Part shown: positions 22,903 through 34,240 of the stretch, in pieces
How the letters are laid out: each line of letters begins with the position of its first letter
Numbering within the stretch: position 1 is the first letter of the stretch
Assembly (NCBI RefSeq): GCF_006345805.1
Contig: NC_043004.1
Location: 4,154,001-4,218,000, forward strand
Length of the DNA: 64,000 bases
Source: Octopus sinensis
Lineage: Eukaryota
Reading direction: 5' to 3'
Position numbers and translations under genes: made by a program
Notes under the pieces: generated by a model
Database searches by the model: none
The model's input: only the letters and a program-made list of their open reading frames with translations
What the model was told of the DNA's origin: nothing

Positions 22903-24726
22903 CTGAATGTTAAAACCAGTGCAAAGTGTGAGATGCTTATTTTCAGATTTAATTCACTCAGAAATATGACTTATAGAAACAACAGGCGATGTTGTAGTCC
23001 ACATGTATTTTATTTTGTTCACCTTATATCTAAATAACTTTGTCCTAAACTGCCTCAGTGAAAATGTTCAAGGGAAAAGGAACCTGCAGATTCCATAAAC
23101 CATGTGTCAATTCTTCACAAACAAAATGTATATAAAAAGCCTGTCTCATGACACTCCATGCATTGTTATTTACTACTGACCAACAATTCTTTAATGCAGT
23201 CTTTGCATACAACAGTCTTACAGATGTAGAGTTGGCTACCTATAAACATAATATGTACATGGAAACATAGCTATGTGTCTAATAAACATATATTTAGACC
23301 AGTTATGAAATGAGACCCTGTGGATTTGTATTATTATGTAAATGTGTTCACAATCTTCTCTACATAGCTACATCACTTTTAACCTCTTGGCAAATGTTGA
23401 AACAAAATGAAACTATTTCAGTTCAATCCCCATCCCAAGCTGTCAAAAATCCTAGTGACTTAAACCACGGGGCCTAATTTCACAGTGAGTCTAAATATAT
23501 GTTTATTAAGCTTATCAATTTACTAAATTATTAAACATATTCATACCCACACTGTAATGGTACTCTAGTAATTAAAAGTATAAGTTGTTTATAGGTATTT
23601 ATTCCTCTTATTACCATAGTTACTGATGAGTAAGATTCTCACAGTTGTAATCAGCCAAGTGCAGAGGTAACAAACCAAAATACTTGTAAAATAAAGGGAA
23701 AAAAAATGAAAGCAAGAATGATCTATCGATTCAGTCTAACTTATTTGAGTGGCATTCAAACAATGAACATTATGCTTGCATTTGGGATGAAGCCTTGATA
23801 CTAGAAAGTAGGGAAAGATAAATCAACCAGTTGGTTGAGGACCAACAAATAATCTAGGGAATTAGAATCATGTCTAAAAATGCATTTATTTTTTTATATA
23901 TGATTGTGTGTGTATTATTGAAGATGCGGTTAAGATCAAATCTAATCCTTTTATTGAAGAGGCTTTATATTTATTAGTCTTTATGCTTACTTTAGAACCA
24001 ATAATGTTCTTAAGTTAATTAGTGTTTCCTGACTTCAACCTCATCACAGTAGTAGTAGGCAGCAAAGGATTGGGAGATTAATGTTGTAACTAATAAAAAT
24101 CACCTTGATAATCCAGATGAGGGGTCCAAGAAGATCTTGAAGTGAACTAAACATGAAAGACCAATAAGGAAATACAAAATATCTTTAATAAAAAAGATGA
24201 CTTCACTACAACAAATTTGAATGAAAAGAGATTATATATATATATATATATATACATACATACATATATATATATAGTTTAGAAATTCATGACTTCTTCA
24301 TGATAAAAGCAGCAAAAAGGTCTGTACAGCTCCTTTCATAATACTAGTCAAAATTCAGCAAATCAACTCCAATTATTTTAACCTGAAAATTCAAAACTTC
24401 ATCATGTGTAGGGTTTTATGAAAAAAATGCTGAGAACGAGTAAGGGAATGTTTAATGCTAAGAATATAAACCTCTGTTCATTCAGATGTCAACTTAAATG
24501 TATCCCCAAATTCTACTAGATTTTTCTCATTTTAATAAGACTTCAACCTTTTTTGGAGTTGAGATAGTACTGTAAGAATTGAAATTACCTCTCAAAGATG
24601 CTGTAATGTCCTTGGGTATGGAACTAGTTGTAATTCTTGTTCAGCTCCAAGTCAGCCATGATCACATAGATTTATGATCAAAGGAAATCTGGTAATGACT
24701 GTCCTGTCCTTTCTTTTTATACATAG

Positions 24727-25266
24727 ACTAGCAGTATCGCCCGGCGTTGCTCAGGTTTGTAAGGGAAATAACTATATAAGCATTTTTAGAGAGTTACTTC
24801 CCTTATAGATGCCAATTCAGGCTTTCTTAGCCATTTCTGTTTTGGTGTCTTCAAGCCATGAAGTCGTTGTTCTAAAAGAACGCTGGTCTCCTTGACAATG
24901 CTTTACGACGTTGATTTCCTTACACTCCCTTCCCCACAGCTTCACGGGGGAGGGAAGAAGGGGGAGAAGCAAACAGGTGCAGGTGACCATCGACACACGA
25001 AAAATTATGCATTAAAATGGAATAAAAAATGATGTTAAATTATTTTTAAAATCGTAGACTCATCGTAGACGCGCGCTAATACTCAGACGGGCTCGAAAAT
25101 CGTAGACTCATCGTAGACGCGCGCTAATACTCAGACGGGCTCGATGTGAATCACGACTATAAGATACCCGAATTTGGTTAAACTGCACCGCAAAATGTGG
25201 GAGTAGTTAGGAATCTAAATCGAAGGGGACAGACACTCACACAACTACAGTTTTATATATATAGAT
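24727..25266 (+). mobile_element. Non-autonomous Helentron/HINE (Lep1/DINE-1-like) element
   Basis: Starts ACTAGCAGTATCGCCCGGCGTTGCTCAGG (subterminal hairpin) and ends gacagacactcacac...TTTTATATATATAGAT. It is CpG-rich and has an internal perfect 48-bp tandem duplication (25048-25143). Confidence 0.7.
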
Positions 25267-27584
25267 ATCAGAGACTATCATCCAATGTGCTATTCCTTTT
25301 TTATGATTTCAAGGAAATCTGGCTGCTATTTTTTGCAAACCACATAAAGTCTCCCCCGCAGACCCATGGATAACATTTGTTTGTGAGAAGAGTATCATAA
25401 CAAAATAGATTAGAAATACAATAGATTAGAATGGCCAAAATCCTCTCCCATAAACTGTAATAAATTAAAAAAATTGAGGGGGGGGGCAAAACAGAAAACA
25501 GGGGAAAATGAAAATATTCCTACATTAACAATCAGGCCAAGACCCTATTCGCATCAGTTATTTTTTATTCGTTCTCATATAGATTAGCTAAACCTAGTTC
25601 CTAACAAGTACACATGTTAGGTACCCAATCTCTAATTCTTAATCACAGCCTGAAATACAAAAGTTAACATATGCTGAGTAATCTAGCTTGAAATATATAC
25701 ATAAAATGATGCGACAATGGGAACTATTAATGTTACATTGAAGAAGAATTCTATTATATACACTTACACCAACCTCATCCCACTGTATATACACACACAC
25801 ACACAGCTTGATAGTGTCAAGTGTTATTTTAAGTAGCTAAATTATAGTGAATCTATCTGACAATAACAGAATTAAAAATAGTTTAGCACATCACAACAAA
25901 TCTGCTACAGGTAATAAACTAGTCATACAAAGAGAGAGAGAGAGAGAGGCTGAGATGTTCGTTATTACACAGCTACAGATGTTTTACAGTTTTTGCTTGT
26001 TTGTTTCATTGGTTAGTCGGGGGGGGGGGGTGCTACCAGTTCACAAAAATAAACTATAGTTTCCAAAGAAATGTTCTATTTCCCTGAAACTGAAATTTAT
26101 TTTAATTGAAATATTCAAGTTTTTGGCAATATCCTGAATAAGATATAAGGCTTTCAACTGGAAAAGGAAAAGATTAGTTAAAACTATAGAAATCATTCTT
26201 CCCATTGAAACATGTTTCAAAGCAAAAAAAAAAAAAATTTTTATGGCATATGACACTTTTTTTTTTTTTTTTTTGTAACAGAAAAAAACGTCTCAATCAA
26301 AAACCCCTACCCTAAAGCCTATGAAAGTCAGGGACAAAATTAGCTTATGGGAATAAGCTAATTTTGTCCCTAACGCTCACTATTAGGTGCTAATTTTAAT
26401 CCAGACAGTGTCTTCTACCAAGCCTGAACCCATAGTAATATTTACTTAAACATTATTACTATTACTAGTACAATAATAAAATGTATTCTCTGGGGTTCTT
26501 TTCTTGCATATTTTATTACTGTAATCATGAAGGGTGAAAATGCATGGCCTAGTGGTTAGGGTGTTATACTCATGATCACTAGATTGTGGGTTTAATTCTA
26601 GAACTGGGTAGTATGTTGTGTTTGAGAGTAAAACACTTCATGTCATGTTGCTTTGTGGGTGAGAGTGTGGCAGAATAGTTGACATATCAGAAATGCTTTA
26701 CCAGATATCTTCCAGCTCTCTACCTTCTGAGTTCAAATTTCACCTGCCTCATGAAGGCAATGGAAAACACTTGGGTATTCATCCCAAGTCTCTCATCATG
26801 GTAACCAAAGTTTCAGTAATCTAGTTCATACCTTCCCATGTCATATAAACAGTGAAGAAGGTTCACATACACAGGACCAGCCCCTGTGGCAGACCATTGT
26901 CAGACTAGAATCACAAAGGATATTTTCACTATCACAATTTCTTGCTTTGTGTTGAACTGTACTATTAATTCTTTTATATACAGCAATGTTTTCGGCAATA
27001 GCTAAGATACATTTATAACAGCTAGATTACTTTAAATATTACATGCCTTAAAGCACTAAAATATGTTTTCTTCTTGAATATGCACTGCTCCAATCAAGGT
27101 GCATCTAATATGCCCTTGTGTCTTTTATGTCATCAAACATGGTACACAAAATGATTTTAGAAGCACTCAAAACAAACCTTCCTGTTAACATTTAAATAAA
27201 TAACGTCATCAAACAAATCAGCCATGATTGCTAACAAATAACCTTGCAACTAGTTCTAGTGTGGCCTATAGTTTTTTTTGGGTTTTTTTTTTTCAATCGT
27301 TTTTGTTTTTAATCTGGTTGATTAAAACTAATTTTTAACTGTAAGCTGTAATTTTTAATTCACCAATAAGACTTAGTGTTATACTGAAATCCAACAGATG
27401 AAATATTCCAAAGATGTTTTCCTTCTGTATTTCAGTTATAATATAATCCTTATATTAAACATGACTATGACTGAGTGGTTAAGAAGCTTGTTTAGCAGCC
27501 AAATGACTCCAGGTTCAATCCTACTGTATGGCGCTTAGGATGTCTTCTAAGTAAACAGAAATTGTGAGTACATATATGTATCAT

Positions 27585-27942
27585 CATTTTAATGTCTACT
27601 TTTCCATGCTTGCATAGGTGAGGCAGAGTTTATTGAAGCAGATTTCCTATGGTTGGATGCCCTTCCTGTCACCAACCCTCATCTGCTTCCAAGCAAGGCA
27701 ATATTTTCCCATGGCCAGATGTTTGTGCAGAATATTGGAAATGAATGACAATCATTTACAACAATCACACGATGTCAAGACAAAGAGAGACAATCGCAAA
27801 CACACATATACAACAGGCTTCTTTCAATTTCCATTTACCTGGGTCTGTAGTCAAAGACACTTGCCTAAGGTACCATGCAGTGGGACTCAACCTGCAAACA
27901 TGTGGCTGAGAAAGAAACTTCATAACCACACAGCCATGCCTG
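27585..27942 (-). mobile_element. SINE family A' (A-type head and core plus RTE-like tail)
   Basis: The + strand reads TTTCCATGCTTGCAT...GGATGCCCTTCCTGTCACCAACCCTCA...GTCAAGACAA, then the reverse-complemented A head. The same architecture occurs at 28835-29232, 30280-30640, 33575-34240, 37300-37720, 49505-49885, 52225-52545, 54700-55110 and 62045-62475. Confidence 0.8.
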
Positions 27943-28834
27943 GAATGCATTTATATTACAGGTAACACCAATGTATCAGGTTGCGTCCCTTAATGACAAA
28001 AATAGTAACCTAGCAATTTGATAGAGATAAACAGAGATTGATAAAATAAGAACCACTGAGATCAATATGACTGGTAAAATCCTTCAAGTGAAATTAAAGA
28101 TTATATATATTCAATCTGTTCACTTCAAATATTAATCTGCATTATATAAACCAATAGCTCAGCTATCAATACCATGGTATATTAATACCCACTACCTATC
28201 CTGCTCTGAATAATCTATTTACTAGCTAGCCACCCTTTGCTTTCTATTTCCATTAAAGTTATCAATCTCAATGTTCTGCAACGGTTGAAATACAAGAGAA
28301 TTTTATAGCATGTGTTATCGAAAGTTTAATGTCTCCAGGGAAGATACCCTGACTGATAAAACAACAAAGTTAGCTCAGCAATAAAAAGGTTTCAATATTC
28401 ATTTTTTTCTTATCAAGCACAATTCCAAATTTGACAGAAAAAGGATACAGTCAACTGGATCACAACCTCAATGTTGCTGCCTCATATTTTATCAATCACA
28501 AAGCAATAAAAGAAAAGCAACAAAATCAATATTTAGGGAATATGAAACTAAATACTGAATCCTTTTAGTTTAGCAGTCTACAATCTTGACTATTCTCACT
28601 GCTCTAATAAATGGCCAACAGCACAGATTTATTACAATATAACAGCCTAGAATCAATGGATTTTCTTTGCAGTATAGCATAATAGTATAGTATAATACAA
28701 ATGTTTCAGATATGAAGCCTTAATAACATAATATACATATGATCCTAAAACTGAAGAACAAGGAGGTTTCTATTCCAGATAATTTCATCCTCTTAAACAA
28801 AGTGGAAAGCAAAAACCTACAAGTTCAAGACGTC

Positions 28835-30640
28835 TTTGTTTTAATGTCTATTTTCTATGCTAGCATGGGTTGGACAGAATTTGTTGAAATGGATTTTCTA
28901 AGGGTGGATGTCTTTTCTCTCACTAACCTGCATCTGTTTCCAAGTGAAGTAGTATTTCCCTCATGACCAGACATGTTTTCATGGAATATTGGAAATGGAG
29001 GACACCACTTGGATGATAGTGAACTTTGCTCACAACTATCACACAATGTCATGACAGGAGACAGTGACAGACATATGATGGCCTTCTTTCAGCTTCTGTC
29101 TACCAAATCTACTCTCAAGGCTTTGGTCAGCTTGGGGTTATAGTAGAAGACATTTGCCCAAGATGCCACACAGTAGGACTGAACTCAAAATTATGTTGTT
29201 GGGAAGCAAGCGCCTTAACCACACAACCATGCATGCACTGATCAATTATTCTAAATGGGTTTTCTCAGTGCCACATAAAGTCTCACAGAGAACACAATAA
29301 GCTCAACCCTTATCTAAATTTGAAATAAACTGGAGTTAAGTGGGCTGTACAACCAGGAGGCCAAGTTTCCAACTAATCAAAATGCTTATTTCTGAATAGC
29401 GCAAAACATGTTTCATGATTTTGTCTACATCCTCACACTTCCATACAGGCTTCAATTTAAAACAACCTCAAGACAAAAATTACTGACATCACTAATATAT
29501 ATTGGATTTGTGCCATAGTTTTAAATGCAAGCAAGCACTGAAGGTGGTAGAGTCTATAATAGATTCTTGTATACTATGGTAATTAGTCATGATGTGTGTA
29601 TGTGTTTATGCAGGCAGAGCACTGCTGGCATTTAGTGTATTAACTTCAACTGCCAAAATATAGCAGACAATGGCAGACTGACTGACAGACAGACTAAGAT
29701 TACACAACTCTCAAACTATTTCTTCCTTCTATTCAGACAGATACCAATAAGAATAGCCAGCAAACTTCTACTGCTAAAAGATCATGGTAAACCAATTGGT
29801 TAGATACAAACTAAATAAAATATCTGTCAAAAAAAAAATTAAATACAATACTAACCGTGGTGAATTAACAGGGCTGCCACTAGCTACCAAACCACCGCAC
29901 GGCTGCTCACTGCCAGCACTGAAATTCCTACAAGAAGCGAGCTTTGTTTCGAGTGCCTGTTGTAAAAAGAAAAGAAAAATCGCATAAGAAAAATATACGC
30001 TCTCACACAGAAATGAAAATTCATTATGTTTCTACTTTTCAAAGAGTAATAACACTGTTGTAAATGAAATAGTTCCAACATATGTTTCAAATTGGCTTGC
30101 CAAATTAGAGTGCCCATACCACAGTCCCCATGATAAGCCCAACAGTAATAAACTTCTTTTTTCTTTGGTTAAAAGGGTAAAAGGACAAGGAGACATTCCA
30201 TTCCAATAAGATAAAAATGTTTCTGTATTCACCACAAGGGCAACAGATGAGAGGACATTACATAGATCGTTATTATCATTGGTTTTAGCATCCACTTTTC
30301 CATGTTTGCATGAGTCAGGTGGAATTCATTAAGGCAGATTTTCTATGGCTAGATGCTCATCCTACATTCATGTAAGGTAATATTTTCCCTTGGCCAGACA
30401 TGTTTTCACAGAAGACCAGAAATGAATGACATCACTTGTATGACAGCAACACTTGCTTATAACCATCATATAATATGGCAAGAGAGACACACACACACAG
30501 GGATTTTTTCATTTTCCTTTTACTAAATCCACTCACAAGGCTTTAGTCAGCCTAGGGTTATAGAAGACATTTGCCTACTTGTGACATAGTAGGACTACCT
30601 TGTAGTAGGAAAACAAATCATTTAACCACACAGCCATACC
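28835..30640 (-). mobile_element. Two SINE A' copies (28835-29232, 30280-30640) flanking the 29856-29956 exon
   Basis: Same composite architecture as 27585-27942. Confidence 0.75.
29856..29956 (-). CDS. nudE: NudE homolog, exon encoding the second half of the C-terminal helix
   Basis: Acceptor tttctttttacaacag|GCA and donor CCACG|gttagt (phase 2). The 101-nt exon encodes ALETKLASCRNFSAGSEQPCGGLVASGSPVNSP(R), cf. ALESKLAACRNF. Confidence 0.95.
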
Positions 30641-31289
30641 AGAAGACATTAAAAAAAGTTATTGTAAATAATAATGATGATGATAATAATAATAATAATA
30701 GCCCTGATACAGTATTAGTCAGTGGCTCTCATGGCTTTTCATCTTAACTGTTTTGTCTTGGTATGAAAGATGGGCTACACTAAATATTCTGCTCAATACC
30801 ACAGAGTTGCTTGTCAGTTGTTTGACCTAACCAGTTGAGCATGGTCATTTAGTAGCTGACAATATGTGCATTTCTGATCACGAGCAGTGGACAAGCATCA
30901 ATTCACCTCTGGAAACATGGGCATTTTGTTTATCCTCCTTAAACCACCCTTATTCAGGAACCTTTTGAGCAGGATGGGCTACTTGACCTGAAGAAAATTC
31001 TTACTGGGCCCCTACCCGCAAAGTCATGTGCTATTTATCATGATACAAGATTGTGTCACATACATATGGTTATGATGCATGTGCATGGTGTACCATTATC
31101 AGATAGGTAGTCATGATGAGCTTTGTATATTTGTATCCCAGTATAACTTTGATGGCATGCATTGCTCTCTCACTCAATAATAATATAAAAATTATTAATT
31201 AACCAAGAACAAGAATGACAGCAGTGTAAATTACACTAAATACTTCAGTGTATTTAATTTTGATACTCTACATTCAGAGCTAACTTAGG

Positions 31290-31520
31290 CCTTCATAGGG
31301 TGGTGAACTGGCAGAATTGTTAGCATACTGGGCAAAATGCTTAGCAGTGTTTCGTCTGTCTTTATGTTCTGAGTTCAAATTCCACCTAGATTGACTTTGC
31401 CTTTCATCCTTTCAGGGTCAATTAAATAAGAACCAGTTACGCACTGGGGTCAATGTAATCGACTTAATCCCTTTGTCTGTCCCCTCTGTTTTGCCTCCTG
31501 TGGGCAATAAAGAAATAACT
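31290..31520 (+). mobile_element. Family-B SINE copy
   Basis: GGGTGGTGAACTGGCAGAATTGTTAGC...GACTTTGCCTTTCATCCTTTCAGGGTC...GTGGGCAATAAAGAAATAA. Confidence 0.85.
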
Positions 31521-31808
31521 TAGCCCTTCATATTTCTAGGGTTTATGGAGTATGGACCAAGTAATATACTGGCATGCATTTTACCAACTATCTCAAGGTT
31601 TAGCCTTGTTTGGTCAAAAAATAAACAAACATTTGTGACAGCAAGATATACATGGAAGCAGTTAATAGGTCAATTACTAAAGTTTTCTTTACAATAAAGG
31701 ACATTTGCAAACACTATTAATACCCTTCAATTGTTGGTAGTTCTTTGATGAATTAGTTTTACTCTAGCCTTCAACTCTTTGATGAATTAGTTTTTCTCTA
31801 GCCTTTAA

Positions 31809-32025
31809 CTCTCTAGCATTCAAACTAGCCATATCAGACCTAAATAATCTATTTTGTATTCAGACTGACCAGATCAGGCCCCCTCGCAACTACCTGCAAT
31901 GTTCTTCTAAACATAAACAAATGCATCATTGAAATCTCAAAGCTTAAGGGATAATATATGATTAATTCAAAATAATGTGAATAAATAAGTTATATATTTG
32001 GCAGACTTACCTGAATACTAAAGGG
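31809..32025. mobile_element. piggyBac-like MITE, same family, opposite orientation to 13365
   Basis: TTAA|CTCTCTAGCATTCA ... TGAATACTAAAGGG|TTAA. The internal ATTGAAATCTCAAAGCT...ATTAATTCAAAATAATGTGAATAAA is the reverse complement of the 13365 copy. Confidence 0.7.
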
Positions 32026-32466
32026 TTAATCTTCTATAAAACTACTTATTTTAATGCAACATTTAAAATTATACAATCTATAGACCCTACGAGGCAGTTT
32101 GGGAACATTTCTAGCATTTAAAATAAAAACACCACAATGATTAAATGAGTCAGGGAAGACTGCCTAAATTTTCAGACCATCATGTCTACCTGTTTAAAGT
32201 AAAGAAAAAGGACAGATGGCTTGTATTGATTTCTTGATGTTGAGAGGTGGAACAATAAATAATTGCAAATTTGTTTCAGTGAACCTCATGTACAAATTCC
32301 ACCACCAGACCACAAAATATTTCATTCATTAAATTATATAAATTTGGTGCAAAACACATTATATATATATATATATATATATTTGTTTTTATGTTCAATT
32401 AGAATAAAAACAATTTTACATTAATCTGATGGGTTACTCTATAATTTTATAGAGTACAAATTTATC

Positions 32467-32577
32467 ATTCTTAAACAAGAATGTTGTTGACAATAACTTC
32501 GAAGTTTCAGCTAATTAAGCCATCATCAAACTGTCAGAACTTCAAAGTCACTATCAACAACATTCTTGTATAAGAAT
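32467..32577. repeat. 111-bp inverted-repeat element (24-bp arms) with a degenerate hammerhead-like centre
   Basis: ATTCTTAAACAAGAATGTTGTTGA / TCAACAACATTCTTGTATAAGAAT (1 mismatch). The centre on - reads TTGATGATGGCTTAATTAGCTGAAACTTC. Confidence 0.7.
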
Positions 32578-33574
32578 ATAAATACACACACACAAAAACA
32601 TTTGTGTGGGGGGTAGGGATCAGTTGAGCTGCTATAGAATTGCAGTACCATCTATCCTGCAGCTTATGCTGAAATTAAATTAATTCCATCGCAATTTCGA
32701 CTTTGGAAATCTACATATAAGTAAAACAGGTGCTTGCATGAAGCATAGGGTAACTCAGTGCTACACACTCTAGTACCAGCAGCTATGAAAAACAAATCCA
32801 CTCTATCTTGGAGAAGAGAAAGATCACAGCAGCAGCAGCAACTGTGCATTTTAGATTTTCTAGAAGCTGATTAAACATCTATTTATACAAATCAAAATAC
32901 CACAACTTTTCTTCACAGGTGAGGCCACAACTGATACCTATACTTCACCATCACCTTCTCATTTTGATTTAAGCTGATAAAAAATTAAACAGAATGAGAG
33001 AGGCTTACATCAATAACATTTAGAGCCTAGGAAAAGTATCTCTTTTGTCATTCTTAGTTAGCTAGGATGAAATATGAATGTGCATATATGTGTTATTTCT
33101 AGTCTGATCAGATGGTTCAGACTTCAGATCAAAACGGTTCCAGTTCTGTTCATCTTGTCTTTTTTTCAGACAATGTCCTAAGACTGAACAATTCAATGTC
33201 TTTTGTCACATTCAGTGCCAACCATAGTGGAATTTAAAATGTTACACATTTACTACTACTTTATGTGATGAGCTGTTTAAGAATTGTCTTTTCAATTGTA
33301 TTTCCTACATCTTTATGCATTAAAAACCCATTTCAGATATTTTTACAACTCCCCTAAATGATGACCACCAACAGAGCTGAGTCTTTAAGTTTACCCATCA
33401 CAGATGTAACCTTTTTCTCCTCCCATCCATTAATACATACAGTTGTTAATAACTAAACATAAAACTGGATAATAGAATGTAGAATAAGGCATATTACCAA
33501 ATGTGTGCGCATGAAAGAAAGAAAGTATGTGATAACAAGAGAATCAAAGTTCATCATTCATTTATCATTTTAAC

Positions 33575-34240
33575 CAAATACATTTTCATGTTTGCATGAG
33601 TCAGATAAAATTTATTTTTCTATTGAGTTTGATTTTCATGGATAGATGTCCTTCTTGTCACCAACCCTTACTGATTTCCAAGTAAGGTAATATTTCCCCA
33701 TGACCAGACATGTTTTTGCAGAATATTGGAAGTCAATGATACTGCTTGTATAACAGTGACAATCATTCACAACTCTCACAGATGTCAAAACAAGGAAATA
33801 AAAGGGTAAAGACCCCATTCGGTCATGAAGGACTATGGAATTGTACCTAGAAAGTTACCCTCTGAGGCACAAGTTCAGGTAAGGTTGTTTACGGAAAACC
33901 AGCATTTGCCTATGCATACCAACCTCCCCTCTCTCCACACCACCAATGTCATCCAAAGGAAGGCCAACACAATTTGGCACCAGTGACGTCACAACTAATT
34001 TCTACAGCTGAATGAACTGGAACAACATGAAATAAAGTGTCTTCCTCAAGAACACAACATGGAGCCCAGTCCAGGAATTGAGACAGGATTCTTTCAGTTT
34101 CTATCAACCAAATCCACTCACATGACTTTGTTTAGCCTAGAGTTTATAGTAGATTACACTTATGACATGTCCAAGATGCCACAGGGGAACCCAAAATCAT
34201 ATGGTTAAAAAGCAAGCTTCTTAACAACACAACCATGCCT
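33575..34240 (-). mobile_element. SINE A' with a nested family-E SINE (about 33810-34085)
   Basis: Tail at 33575-33795, E body (GACCCCATTCGGTCATGAA...GAACACAAC), then core and head at 34085-34240. Confidence 0.7.

Noticed and set aside
26820-26900. Short NGLPQGLVL..FFTVYM stretch on - resembling an RT motif
   Set aside because: Too short and degenerate to define an element.
31743-31810. Short tandem duplications (32 bp here; 18 bp at 4802-4834 and about 52608-52644)
   Set aside because: Ordinary slippage or repair duplications with no further structure.
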